A stretch of 63,893 nucleotides of DNA, filler included, from Hyphochytrium catenoides (lineage: Eukaryota > Protista > Hyphochytriomycota), in NCBI GenBank assembly GCA_900088475.1. It is 8 parts of 8 records of this genome, joined end to end, with 100 filler letters (N's around TTAATTAATTAA, not from the genome) between each part and the next. Parts side by side here need not be neighbours in the genome. Positions count along the whole stretch, not along the records: positions 8,069 to 27,502 come from FLMG01002963.1; 7 more parts are not named here. One strand, written 5' to 3'. The translations under genes were made by a program, and so were the position numbers. Of this stretch, positions 12,680 through 26,900 are shown piece after piece (position 1 is the stretch's first letter; each line of letters opens with the position of its first letter). The notes beneath the pieces were generated by a model, which saw only the letters and a list, made by a program, of their open reading frames with translations, was not told where the DNA came from and did not search any database.

Positions 12680-13114
12680 GGGGATTATAGAGCCTAGAAT
12701 TGGATAGAGAGTAAGGAATGAAAGAGAGGAGAAGTTTAGGGCAAAGCAGGCCAATGCGTTAGCGTCGGGGACTCAACTGAGATGAGAAGCTTAGTTCGCT
12801 ATTCGGGGACGACGCGGTAGCACTATGCACAAGCCTATAGCCCGCGGGGAACCCCAGTGATTGGAAGAAGGAAACCCACTTCGTGCGGGGACGTACAGCT
12901 AAGGTCTGGCAACACTGAGCACGAGAAGATTCCTGAACTAACCTGAGTGCAACCTAGTAATCAGGAAGCATAAACGCGTAGGTCTTCAAGCCGTTGGAGA
13001 CTGCAGGCGTGCCTTCAGCGCAGACCAAGCGGCTGAGGTAGCAAGGCCTAACTGAAAGCAGGAAAGGGTACGTCGTGTCAGCCACCTTCCATTCTCCGTA
13101 TCACACTCTCACCC

Positions 13115-13173
13115 GTCTCTCTCTTTCTGACCCCGTGTCTCTCTTCTGACCCCATGTCTCTCTTCTGACCCCG
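13115..13173. repeat. Three copies of a ~19-bp tandem repeat (GTCTCTCTTCTGACCCC core)
   Basis: Directly visible in the sequence. Confidence 0.85.
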
Positions 13174-13736
13174 CCTCAAGTCGAAAGCTCTTCGCGAACG
13201 CTAGGCCAATTTCGCATCCCACGGCATACTCACCCAACTATTTCCCAGGGCCGGCCCTCAACAGAGAATGCCTCAGTTCACTTGCCTCTCCTAGCTCTTC
13301 CAAGCTCTCCGTCTCTGCTGATACACCACCAAATGCAACGCGCCCGAGGGAGGCCAAGAATTATTGTCTTTCTTTCTCTTACCCAGCGCTGTTCAAAGGC
13401 TATATATCTACAGTCAATAGTGCTCTTCTGCGAGGCTACTCCCGCGCCCGCCGCCCATGGATGAGAAGCAGCGGGCGATATGACAAGGGAATGACAGGGC
13501 AAGAGAGAGAGGAGGGTAGAGAAGAGTAAGAGGCCGATAGAGACAACAAGAGGCGGTACAAAGAAACAGTAGTGAATGGAGACAGAGCTGAGAGAGATAC
13601 AGAGCGTTGTCGTGACAGAGAAGTTGAGGAAAGGAAGAAGAGAGAGACGGGGACAGGACAGCAGGTGAGAAAAGAGGGGTAAAGAAACTCGTAGCTATCT
13701 ATCTACCTTACAGTGAGCTAGGACACGTCCATCACT

Positions 13737-13850
13737 TTCTCTCTTTCTTTCTCTCCTCTCTCTCTCTAGGTGCACTGCCTCTCTCTCTCTCTCTCTCACA
13801 CACTCTCTCTCTCTCTTCCTCTCTCTTCTTTCTCTTTGTCTCCCTCTTTT

Positions 13851-13881
<31 letters not shown>

Positions 13882-13975
13882 TTCTCTCTCTCTATATCTC
13901 TTTCTCTCTCTCTCTTTCCATCTCTCTCTCCCTCTTTCTCTCTCTTCCTGTCTTTCTTTTTCTCTCTCTCTCAGC
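13737..13975. repeat. (CT)n microsatellite tract
   Basis: TC dinucleotide runs. Confidence 0.9.
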
Positions 13976-14978
13976 TTTGCAGGTGCTTTTCAGTATCTCA
14001 TCACTCTGCTCTGGCGCTTGTTTGTCATCACCATACTTCTTGTTCTTACTGTTTCGTTTCGCATTCGTAGATCGCTCTGTCTGTCTGCCACTCTGTCTCG
14101 ATCAGTCTTTCTATCTCTTACTCGACCTTCCCCGCACATCACGACTCTCTCTGTCCCTTCCTTTTACAGCTACAACACCCTTTTCTTCTTCCATCTCCAC
14201 GTCTCTCTTCCTCGTGTTTTTACCTCACTCTTCTTCCCAATCTGTCTCTTTCTACTTTAGGGCCAACACTATTTTAATGAGCACCTAACGTGTAAAGAAA
14301 ACTTATCTCTATCGTATGCTTGCCTGTATCTCTCCTGCCTCTGTCTGTCACATACTTTCTTTGGTGGTGAACACCTCAAACCAAGGCGATGACGCTGTTG
14401 TGTGAGTTAGTGGTTGGACCTCCACTCTCATAATACGCCCAAGGTACAAGTGCCCCTAGCCCCACTAGAGCTGTGTATAATACCCCTAGGGCTCTGGCCT
14501 TTTGGTGTAGTAATACCACAGGGTAAAATTGCCGTGAACCCAGTTCTTACCTCCATTTTGTGAAAGATTCATTCCTTTCAAGGAAGCATTTACATGCTAA
14601 AGATACAGTAACACCCCATCGAACGTCTAAGAAAGAGAGATCGTCTGCATGCAAGAGAGAGAGGATGGTCCCCATCCACAGTAGACTCTAGCCCAAGTCT
14701 TAGGTAGGGGGATATCCCTCGGTCACCCAGCGGTACCGACGCCTCTATCAGAATCACAAGGAGAATCCAAATATGGCGAACTGTACCAACATATTCCTTT
14801 TGAAACTTTCCATCACAAGAGACCTGTAGAATCTTTGATAACTGTAGACTTTAGTTTTTCTTTGGGTCCGGATGATGTGGCGCGGGTTGGTGATGAAAGC
14901 GCATCTTCACATCACAAGGAAATCTCTGCTGTTCATCGTGACAGGGAGTGAATGTTGAGGTGGGGATGGAGGTGCCTG

Positions 14979-17900
14979 CTATGTATGTCTGATGATAGCG
15001 TCGAGGCGCGGTGACCGAGTAGTCCATAGACTACGAATAGAGTAGAGCGTTGATGAAGAAGAAAGATGACAGATGTTTGTTAGATTTGATGAAATCGGCC
15101 TGTGCGAAAGTCCAGGTCGAGAGGAATGCGGCGCTCCTGGGAGCAGAGAAACACGAGGAAGGAGGAAACACAAGAGAAGAAGCAGGTAGAGGAATGAGGA
15201 GAGTAGGTAGAGGGTATCAAAGAGGCTATAGACCTTGATGTAGGCGTCCATGACTGGATCTGCAGCGCACTGTGCCTCAGGGAAAGGATTGGGTGCGTAG
15301 ATCTCCTGTACGTAGGTTGTGAAGGGCGAGATAATGTAGCAACACGTGCATCCGTCACTACTTCCATGCAAATCATCCGCACAGTCTTCTACTAGAGAAA
15401 TCCCTGAAGCTACTCGGCACTCCTCGCCGTACAGATCCACACCCAGAGGAGCATTAGGTCTGCGCTCGAACTCTCTAATGTAGGCAGCGACCGAACAAAG
15501 AAGAGGTCGGAGTCAGTGCGAGCATGACGAGCAAGGAAAATCGGTACACGTGGTCGCATACGGAAGGGAGGGAAGGGTGAAGGGCCAGTCAGAGAGTGAG
15601 AGAACAAGGATAATAAAAACGGAAAAAGGAGAAAAATGAGGGAAAGAGAATAGTGCAAGCAAGCAAGTCAGACCTCCCGCTCCAGAAGACAGCGTTATGC
15701 TTCAGGTTGGTCAGAAGCTTCTGGTAATCCACGCGCTGTCTGTCATCGCCGCCTGGACCGGCCGGATCGCGTCCCAGCCCGAGAACGTCAGCCATTCCAG
15801 ACCTGAACCCGATATCAAGGACAGAGACAAGACTCTGGTCCTCTTCCCATTCTCCCTCTACTTCTGCTATCACGCCCTGCAAACGTGCAAGATGCGTTCA
15901 TGTTACGAATTAGACCAGCACCGTATCTAGAGACACCTAGCTCCTTACCTCTGTTCGTAAGTAGTCTGAGGACAGGCGACTGATGGAGACATACTTCGCT
16001 CTCCGGCTTTCCACAATGTGTTGTGGTCCTACAAGCCGATCTGGTCCCGTCGAGTGCACCGCGTTATCAACCTAGACACCCAGCTCAGCACAGGATCATA
16101 CAGGTAGGCAGTTTGGGAGGAAGCGAAAGAACAGCGGCGGACAACAGAGCTATCGTCTTCATGAAAGGGCCATTAGAAGATCTTATGCCTACCATAAGTA
16201 GTTCCCTGTGGGGCCAAATAAGGCTTGGATATTGCCGTAACCAACCTCGATAGTTAGTGAAGTTCAGCCTACAGGATGGTCAGCCAGAGAATGTACAGGG
16301 TGCTCTTAGTTGAAGAATGGGAACGAATGACTTTAGGCGAAGGGGCCCTGTCATGATGATTATTGTCGAAGAGGAAACGCCAAAAGAGAAGAATAGAGCC
16401 ACAAGGAAGGGGCGGCACTGGCACTGGTACAATATCGTTTATAATCGACTCGCTGAGAGAAGAAGAGCTCTGTCCATAGGGAAGAGGGAGAAGAATCCGC
16501 AGCAGGAAGAAAGACAGCCCAGTGAGAAGAGACCATCTCACCTTCCACCGCTACCTCTGAGTAGCACTAGGAAGTCTGCTGGGTTGCTCTTTGGCTCCCT
16601 CTGCGCGGCGTTGAAATCCAGCAGCTCTGCAGGAGTAAGTATTCCGTCCATATTGTCGTCAAAGAGATCGAATGACTCTCGAGGCCCCTAGAAGATAGAG
16701 GGTTAGGAGAAGAGAAGAGGCTCTGGACAGTAGTAGGCCTGACTCTTGCAGGCCGTAAAAGGAGGTCAGTCGAAGGGGAAGTAACGGGTGAAGCATTCAC
16801 GCTTTCAAAGGTCTAAGTGGTAAGCAAGATGGGGGAGGGTGGAAAGAGTCAAGGAAGGATGGAGCGGAGAAAGGCCCTGATGACAAAGGAGACAACCTTT
16901 TCCAGCCATCTGTCAAACGCATGGTAATGGACTCGGCCGTCCAGGTCTGGGTCTAAATCGATGATGTTATAGTCCGTGATAGGAATTGCCTTCTCCTCAA
17001 AGAAGACAGAGAGTTCCGTCTCGTCCAGAAAGCTAAGAGAGTCAAGAGACGCAGGAGAAGGTCAGTTGTCAGTTGCTAACACGGTGTCAAATAAATAAAC
17101 TGGCACATCCTTCTCAATTACCGGACAATCAGTGGCAGAAGAGAGATTGCTAGCAGGGGGTAGCTTACGAGAGAGATGCTGGGAAAGATGAGAGGAAGAG
17201 GAATCCATACGAACAACTTCGGGGATCTCACCCAGATTTGTCTACATCATATCTGTCAAACAGCACATCTGGTTCCTCTCCTAGCCAAGCTTCAAACTCT
17301 CTGTAGCTGACGATGCCATCATTATTCGGATCGATCGTCTTCAGTTCTTCCGCCCTTAGTTTCTGACAGAAGGCATTGAGAGGACACGAATAATGGACAC
17401 GAATGTCCTGCTTATTTAGTTGCTGGAGTTTGACGGCCAACAATAACAAAGGAGGAGAGAAACCGTAATCCATACTCTTACAAAGCTGCTTTCTAGAAGG
17501 AAGAACCATATCATAGGGTTCCCACACAGAGCGGATTAAAACTAGAAAGTACCGTAGAAGAGACATGATGACAGGACTCAATGGAGAAGGCCACACCACG
17601 GATGAAATATCACACGGCCGATGTAAGTAAGCCCCATCTTTATTAAAAAGATGCTTATATTTACCTCGCACAGGCTTCGCACCCTAGCAGCCAAGTTCGG
17701 ACTGTTGCCGTTATAGACCTGCGTGCATCGCCGTTATGTTGTTTGCAGATTCATGAGGGGACAATGAGGGTGAGAGGAGTGAAGGCAGGAGTTTGAAGGG
17801 AGAGCGGGCTGCGCCAAGATTTGCGTACCACCAGATCACAAAGATAGGCTGATTATACCGTGGTGAGATGAGGACCGAGAGGATTGAGATAGAAGGGAAG

Positions 17901-20900
17901 AGTAGGTAGGAACAATAGATGACTCTGAGCTAGCACTACGGAATGGCAGGAGACACGATCACATGTACGAGGAGGAGTGAGGACGGAAGGAGAAGTACCG
18001 CTTCTAATTCATCCTTTTGGAGAATTCTGTCCTCATTTAGATCTACTCTTGCAAGTTCCTTCGGAGTAAGGATATCCTATATGAAGTGGTAGGACGGAGT
18101 AAGACAAGACCGAACCCAACCAAAAAGGAAGGAAAGCAGTAGGCGCAGGGACGACTACCCAGAGAGTTAATAACAGCAGAGAGCATCGCCTAGACACAGA
18201 CGCCGCAGCAGTACCCAGCTGCTGCTGACAGGGCAGGGCAGCCGTAGACAGAATGGAAGACAAATAAAAACTACTTGCACGCTCTAGCAGTGGCCGTCAC
18301 AGCCAAATATACCCCTTATTCATCTAGAGATAGAATGCTAATCAATCAAGGGGCACTGTTTGTCTGCGCCAGCCATGGACCCACGACGACTCCTTATCAC
18401 TAGCTGGCATCTTGTCTACTGTTATCCTACGCCTGCATCCCATGACTACCTACCATGTAATCGTCCGTGATCCTATAACCAAGGAAATCCAGGATAGCCT
18501 GAAATCCGCTTCCGTCACTTTCTAGCCGAATGGAGTTAAGACCCAATGACTCTACGTCAGGATAGACGTACGGCGGGATAAGATACCGCCGGTGAGCCTC
18601 GGCATCCGCCCCTATTTTTGAGAAGGAGAAAGAGGAGTCATATCTGTAGATTAGCCGGAGAAATAGGCAAATGCTAGTAGACAGGCATTCTAGAAGAGAG
18701 AAGGCGCTGCCGCACGAGGCTGGGATAGGACTGGGATAGGATGCAGTAGACAACGCTACATGAAAACGGGTTCTTCCTATTTTCCAAAGGCAGAATGGTG
18801 AAGGGACAAACTAGCAGAGAAAGCAGCTCATCACGTCGAATAATGGAGAAAAGGTTTATAGTGGCATTGCAAGGATCAGTCGCCCAGCATCAAGAGGATG
18901 AGAGAGCTCACCCGAAAGCGTGTAGAAGAGCTTTTTAGTCATGTTCGTGGATGTAGCATAGAGGTAGACAGAACTCCAATTCTAGGTGACATAGAAGTCA
19001 GCAAGGTAAAAATGAACAGAGACACGTGAGAGCGAGAGAGACGGATAGATTGTTTTCCTAGTGCTTTATAAAGCCCAGAGAAATGATCAGATAGTGGTGA
19101 AGGACTGAATGAGTGAGCAGCAGGGAACCATAGAAGAAGAGGGGACCGCTTAGAGGTTGGCAGGCGGAGTTAATATAGAAGGACACCAAAGGGAGGATAG
19201 TCTCTTACACTAGTCTCGTGGACGTCCAGATCCCATTGAGTGACTGCTGGAAAGGCGCGACCACGCCTTGGCGAGGTCGGAGTGAAAGGATCCTGGTATG
19301 GTTGTTTGGTTCATAAAGATCAGTTACCCTCGCCTCATTAATCTCTCTTCTTCATTGTGCTTTCCTATGGGTGCGGTCCCGCCTCTGTCTATCCCCTCTG
19401 CACCTTTAGGTCTAGTCACATTCACCCTTCGACCATCCGTCGCTAATAGTGACTCCGTGAGCGTCGCCATTCTTGCCTAGCCTGTCCGCATGTTCTCTGT
19501 CCCTCTCCCAACCTTTATTATGAACACGACTACGGCCAGACTCGCCTACGGCCAGACTCGCCGTCCTGTCGGCCAGCAGCAGCAGAGCGCTGAGAAGCTT
19601 TTATTACCTGATAGTGGGAGTATATAGGATTGGTGTTCCCTACAAGCCGCTTCCTTTCGTTCTCCTTGCATACGTTCTCGCCACTTTCATCCTCTGGCGA
19701 ATTAGGTGAGAAGGACGAAGCGAGAGAGTAGTGAAGGAGAAGCAAGAATGACAATACGGAGCTGGAGCCGCCACCACCTTTATATTCTAAGAATCTTGAT
19801 GATGGAGGAGGAAGAGGACAAGGGAGACTCACCGGCCAGGTAAACGTCCCTGCATTTTTGTTCTTCCTCCTGGTCGCAGCACCTCATGTGTCGGCTTTTG
19901 TGCTCCATCCTCCATTTCTGCAAAAGGATATCATCCGGATCGCTGTATCCGCGGGAAAAGGAGGAACGGTGGTAGGTCGCGCTATGGTCTCGATGGCCAG
20001 AGCCGTTCTATAGAGTTGTAAGGATATAGGAGATGGTCCAGAACAGAGGGCAGCGGAGTGGTGGAAATGAGAAGCATACGGACGTCCAAGGATGGTGGCA
20101 GAAGGCGAGAAAGCAGAGTACGACGGGCCAGGAGGCAGGGAACCAAACAAGAGGTCAGTTTCCTTGACTACTAGCTCGATGCTATTATCTGCAGAGGAGA
20201 AGTAAGCGAACCCATAGACGATGATTGGGCTCTAGACCCTCCTAACCATTCTTTGTTGTCTCCATTCCTCTCATATTTCTGTTGGTGCCTTGCCTATTTT
20301 TCTCTTCTGTCGATCTTGATCATCCATTCCTTCTCAGTCCCTATATTCCCCCGAGACGGATACCCAGCCAGCCATCCTTTGTTTTACTCCTGTAAGTTGG
20401 ACACTCCAGGCTCTCCTAGTTCTTGCGCACAACGTTACACTGTGTCCTTTATTCAAAGCACGAGCCTCTCTCTTTCCTCCACACTCGCGTTCTCATCGCC
20501 CTCTCTCTTTCCTCCTTCGCATAATGTTTACCTTTAGACTAGTCCACCAGGGCTCCATAACAGGTCTCGGCTGCCAATAATTGACCGTTTTATAGTACGA
20601 GCGCAAGAAGAAAGCCACCCCTGGCGAAACTTCCACTACAGTCTGTATGAAAAGCAACGAAGCGAAGATACAGTTCGTTAGAAGGATAGTGTCTGGGCAT
20701 CCTACCGTAGGCAAGAACAGTCAATACTCTGAGGAGGCGGCACCCGTTGTCTTCGGTGCGAGAGAAGAGCGAAACCTAACGCAAAGCAATGCAATTGTTC
20801 CAGAGTGGGGAGGGCTCTTGGCAAACCAGATTCGAAAGTGATACGCTTCCAGTCCTGCCGTTTGCCTCTCCAGGTCCTTTCTTTTCTTTACCTGATCGTG

Positions 20901-23900
20901 GCTTTCTAACAGGGTAAGGCCACCTGGGCCCTCCTTAACCGGATCAGCATAGTGACTGGCAACGAAAGTGAAGGGTCCATTGGGATAGTGGCTCACAGCT
21001 TTACCCACCAGGCCCAGCTAATGATAGTGGAGAGGATGCCCGAAAGCCAAAGGTCCGGCAGCAGAGAGAAGGTGTTCAGACAAAGCAACTGAAGAAGATA
21101 GTTCAGAACTGTAAAATCCTGACAAAGAGGATTTGAAGCCCTGCCTTCACTCGGTGTCTTGCCCAATGATGTCGATCCTGCCTTCACTCGGTGTCTAGCC
21201 CGATGATGTCGATCCTCTATCGCTCCTCATACTTATACCCACCACCACCACCACCACCACCAGGTTTATTCTCTGCACCCTATGAGCAGACTGCTGCCAA
21301 CACCGCTCCCTCTTCTGCGGCTGCCTCTCTTACACCCTCCGCCTGTTTTTTCTTCGCTCTCTACGCCCGATGATGCTCTCTGCAGTCTCTCTTCCTCTAT
21401 AATGTATGGGAAGTGGCATAATCTAATTCTTCACTCTTCTGACGCTTCAATCACAAGCTTACCTCCTTGGTGTTGAAGTCCTCCACCTGCATCCACATGA
21501 CGAACAGGCCAGAGCCATTGTTATAAAGAACCTACCGGGCACAAGTATCGAGGAAGATGGTTAAGATCTTTACTGTTAGTCGGGGCTTCTTCTTCTCCTT
21601 GTTCTTGCCACGTCCTTTAAACCTTACCCTTCTTCTCATTTTCCTAATAAGCTGTACGCTTTGAACCACCTCTTTCTTATCCAACAAGGTTCTCTCTCAC
21701 TCCATCGTAACGTTTCCTCGCTGTCTCTCAGCATCCTTTTCCATCCTCACTAACAGCGCATGAAGCAACATATGTTGCATGGAGCTACTAGATCTAGCCT
21801 TACTCTATTCTAACAGCTTTCTCCTTAGCAAACTAAGGAAACATCCATGCGCACACTACTTTCCAGCCCAGTTCTACCGTCCTTGATTTGTCCGTCCTCT
21901 TCAGACTGTTAGTGTCTCACCTTCGCCTTATCTGCTCCGAGCGCTCTCCCCACTGGTCTTTCTCCCAGGGGATCTTTCAGTTGTTCGTTAAGGAGTAGAA
22001 AGCCCTCAAAGATCCACTCTGAAGAGGAGGCCAGCGAAGAGCACGAGAAGACACCTCCTTGTAGTGAAGCATTGCTGGCATTCCACCAACGGTGGCTGCC
22101 TATCCAGTAATTGGTTGCTGGACAAAAATTTAGAGAGAAAGAAGAGAGGAAAGAAGTCAATAGAGCAAAACATGAGAGACGTCAAGGGCGGGCCCCCCTA
22201 GAGATGGTCATGCTTCGTATCCTTCTATCACATTGAAAACCTTTCTTCTCCATCACAGCTCTCCTTCTCCGGGCTGCTTTATCAGAAGAGCTATCCCTGA
22301 TGCTGCTCTTTTGTGGGTCTCTCAAAAGGAGATTGACGAGGTCCCAGGGGAGTCTCTTTGGCAAGGTAGATAATTAGTCTCTCATGTGCCCGTTATAGCC
22401 CTCCTTGTTCCATCTCCCTTCTTCTTGCCCGTAGCCTATCGGCGCACTTACGCTCGGAACTAACTGGAGGACTGGCTGATGAGTCAGACCAGGATCTGTC
22501 CGCAGTGCCTGCAAATGTGCTTGATGTGTCTCTGAGTAGCGAGACAAGTCGCGGCTCCACCTTCTCTCCCTCCGATCTGCCCTTGTCGCCGGCATTGTCA
22601 GTGTGGACCACGAGAAGCTCTCCAGAGGAAAAGAACCTATCTCTCTCCATATAATCTCCTCCTTCTTCCACGGTCTTAATATTCTTGACATCACTGCGGT
22701 ACATGACGTGAGGAGGTCCTGACATCTTCAGATTCTTCTCTTCTCCGACAACACGCCAGGGAAAGCTTCGCGTGTCAGTCTGAAGTCAAGAACCCGAAAA
22801 GGAAGAGGAAGAACGACGGTGAGAGGGTTTGAAGAAGTAGAAGAACTTGTAGAAGAAGCCGAGATGGAGTCTTCTCAATTCCGCGCTGCAGAGGCAAAGA
22901 CACCAAAGAAAACTCTAATGGAGGCTCATTAGTAGGCAAGAGGTAGAACTTGGACACCCTCAACGGGACGTGGGCTGTGCCTGGACACTCGAGAAGAAGT
23001 AAAGGCATTGACAGGTGATGATAGAACCGCCGTTCGTTGGAGAAACAGATGGGTGGCGGAATCACCAACAACTCTAAGTGGCTTCCTACCTCTTCATGGA
23101 AGAGAATCTCCTGTCCAACCATCATGCTGCCAGGATAGTTCACCTCTTGCCCTAAGACGTGGCTCTTCCATCCTAAATCTGTCTCCCCTCTTTTTATCTC
23201 ATCCCACTCATCTCTTCCACTTAGTGGTCCTACGCCTCCTTCATCCTTTACGTTTGAGGCAGGACATCTTGCGCCCATTGTATAGTCAGTTCCAACAAAG
23301 ATCTCATCCCACCATACGGTAGATGTCTGAGGGCTATACAGACCCACTGCGGCAAGCCCAGCTTGATAGACCGGCGCGAGAGTGAGTAAAAAGATCGAGC
23401 GATGCAGGAGAAACAGTCAGCGTTCAAGACCAGAGAACAAGAAATACAATCACTGTTTGGATATAGGGGAGTGATGTGATCACCTATGAAGAAGAACAAC
23501 AAGAACCATACCCAATGTCACTACAAAGGACCATGCAAAAATCCATTGAGCCTAACAAGAGCACATCTGATAGAGCAGCAACTTGAGCCTTAGGAGACAG
23601 CACACCCCTGTAACCAGGGAACAGACGATGGACGCCAGAAAATCTCTAGGTATAGATGCTATAGCTCGGACCGAAGAAGAGGAGCCAAAGAGATGATGGG
23701 GCAGACGCGAATTAAGAAGACTTGATCCTTACTTCCGGAAAATCGAGCCTTGCTTACTCTCTTGACATTGTTCAGAAGGACATCGTAGCTCTGACTGGTC
23801 CAGTTTGCCAAGATGTCTACCTTATACCAGCGATTGCTCTTGACCTAAGTTATTGTGAGGGGGAAGAGGTTGACAACAGATAGGTAGTTACGACAGAAAC

Positions 23901-26900
23901 GGGAAGGGGGGAATCTTGAGCTTCATTTTAGAGCGTTTGCAAGGAAGAAAGGCACGATGTCAGAAAAGACCACTGTGAAGTGCATCATTCTGGCACGCTC
24001 TATAAGGAGGGGGCACGATGCAGGCGACGGGAGAGAGAGACTGATGATGAGGGCTGCAAGGTAGGAGTCGTTGAGACCTGAATAGAGTCGTTGTACGTAC
24101 GCGAAGGACTGATAACACCAAGAGAGAGAGAAATCAGATAGCCTTAAGAACGAGGGAAGAGGACAAGATGAGATGAGAAGCAAAGAAAGCGAAGCAAAGA
24201 AAGAGAAGCTAACCTTTGCGTGCAACGTCTTTGGTGACGGCGTAAGGAGGTTTAGGTTGGAGCCATGGAAGAAGCTTCCCTGGTTAATGCCCACCGCAAT
24301 CATTCCCCAGCTCTGATTGTATGGTGAGGAGGAGAAAGGAGGCGCCAGCGTAGCGGAGGAGCTGTTCTGAGCGTGCAAGACAAACCATGCTTCACTGCTG
24401 GTGCGCACCGTGCCTAACGTTTAGAAGAGAGACCGAAGAAATAATAAGTTGTCGGCAAGGAACATAACAGAAGAGGAGGTGAAGCAAAGAGATTGCTCGG
24501 AAGCGAATGGCAAAAAATGAAATCGTTCGGACCGAGCGAACGAGAAAAGGATGTGGAACAACGAGAAGAGCGGCACCACTTGGAGGAGGAAACCAAATCA
24601 TACTTGTCCTTGAGAAGGGATAGAGAAAAAGAAAGGATAGACTCCACACCTCCATCCTCATCGTTAGAAACGCTGACATAGTAGGTAACCCTGGTTGGCT
24701 TCAGGGGATCGGACACAGAGAGTGGGCTAAGGAGGTGATAATAGGAGTTAAGGAAGGACGACATGAGATCTGCTCCTATGAGGATGGAGTTATTTAACAA
24801 GCGAGATAACAAAAAGGGAGAAGTATGATAAAGATGGAAGAACGTATGTCGAGGGAGAGGCCTCCCGTGGTGACCTGGGCGGGGGATCAGCGGTATGAGG
24901 GAAGTAGCTAGCGGAAGAAGGAAGCAAAAATAAAGGATATATAAACTGGCCCGTTGGCCGACAACGTTAGCTTCTCCTCATCTGAAGACTTGACCTTGAT
25001 CCAGGTTTTGGAGGCTGAGGATAGAGTAAGGATAATAGATGGGCTAACATAAGGAAGAAATGCAAGGATCATCCTGCCGAGGTGAAAATCCTCTACCACC
25101 CCGGAAAGCCACACATAGAACCACAAGAATAATAGGATTGGAAGGAAATGAAGACGTGAGAGTAAGGGAAGGGGAGAGAAGAGAGAGAAAGAGAGAGCAG
25201 GGAAAGGAAGGAGGACGAAAAGGGCAGCAAAAGGGAGTGGGAGGCAACCAATGGACGATACCTATGTCGAGAAAAATATGACAGAAGCAGTTAAGTAGAC
25301 CGAGGATCATCATCAGGAACTAAGGGGCCGTAATAGCGAAACACGCCAAGACGGAGATACTCAGAAGAGATGATGGTCAATAAAGAAGACGATCTCAAGT
25401 GAAGAGAAAAGAGAAGCTCATCAGACCTGTCACGCTAAGAGACTTCATAGTTCCCGCTGCCCCTACGAGAGGATCAACCTCCACCGCAAGATGGCTGTTC
25501 GCTTCAAGAACCTTTGTCCCCTCTGCACCATCATTAGTTTCCCTATCCGAGGAAAGTGATCCATCGTCCTCGCACTCTCCTCCCTTTCCGCCTGCAGTAT
25601 TGACACGAACCGCAGATCTGGTTTGGCCCGTTATGAATGGAGAGATAGGTGAGCATCATGAATGAGTGTCAGTGGTGATAAGAAAAAGAGACAACAACAG
25701 CACTAAGCGTAGATGGACAGACAAACAGATACACATCAAAAAGAAAAACGGTAAAGACAGAGAGAGAGGAGAAGAAGAACAAAGAGAAATCTAACCAAGC
25801 GAAGCCAAAGTAAGAATGCAGTACCATCTAGGGACGCATATGGAAAGAAGCCGCAAGGAGAAGGGGGCGTTGCCAACTGAAGAAGGGAAGAGAGGAAACT
25901 GGAGTGGAACGGTAAGAAGCAGACCGGACTGTTAGGGGGCAGTAGTAATGGGAGGATTAGGACAGCTTGCGCTCGGAAGAGCTAAATAAGAGAGAAAAGG
26001 ATACGAAAACCTCTGTTCAAACGATAAGCGGGCCCTTAGCAGTTACGAGGAAGAAGACAGCAGGAGAGGCTGATAACCGGTCACCTGTTGTTGGGCAGCA
26101 CCACGGACTCAGCCATAAGCAGAACCCTGCCTCCCGACCCTCCTCCCGCTATCCGAGGGGAGAGAGTACTTAAGGCTGTGCATCTTTCTGCGTCGTACGT
26201 GTTCCCTCCTGCGCCCCCCCGGGCAGATAGAGTGCCACTCAAACGCAGAGTCCCTCCAGCCACAAGGATGAGGCTCCCTCCACTTCATCGACAGCCAAAA
26301 ACATTGGAGCGAAAAAGTGTTGAAGATAGCACACGACAGCAAAGCACAAAGATTAGAGTGGTTAAACAGAAAGGAACGTGAGAGCAGATAGAAAAGTACT
26401 ACTATCAGCTGTGAGACAGGCGAACAGAATAGGGGGTAACCGTACGTTATGATGGGATGGGTCAAGGAATGTCACTTTTCTCTTTTATCGCTCCACTCCG
26501 ATAGCTCCACTCTCCTTGTTTGTTCTCACTCATCCTTAACTGTCTAACCTGCCTCCTCCTCCAGGAAACTGTCCTGCCTCTCCAGGTTCACCGTCAACAG
26601 CAAAGGTGACGTTCTCTCCAATCGTCAGGTCGTTCAGTGCACCTAGCAGTAGCGCACCGCCGCCAGCCCCTCCTCTCGTCAATCGAGGGAGTACAAAGAA
26701 GTCAGAAGACCGCACAGCCCCAGCACCACCTCCACTGCCGCCTCGTAAGTCGTTTAAGGACTGAATGGCGATGTTAGTGAACGAGTATGATTGATAGGGC
26801 TTGTTTGATCTTTCTCCTCTCTCCCGCGGTACCCCATTCTAGCACCCTGCGACCTTCTCCAGTCTTCTATCGCCTTCTTTAGCAGGCCTCTGCCACATTT

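Noticed and set aside
12766-12892. CRISPR-like array (regularly spaced motif with unique spacers)
   Set aside because: The repeat is only 6-7 bp, the context is eukaryotic and there are no cas genes. Kept only as a possible cis-motif cluster.
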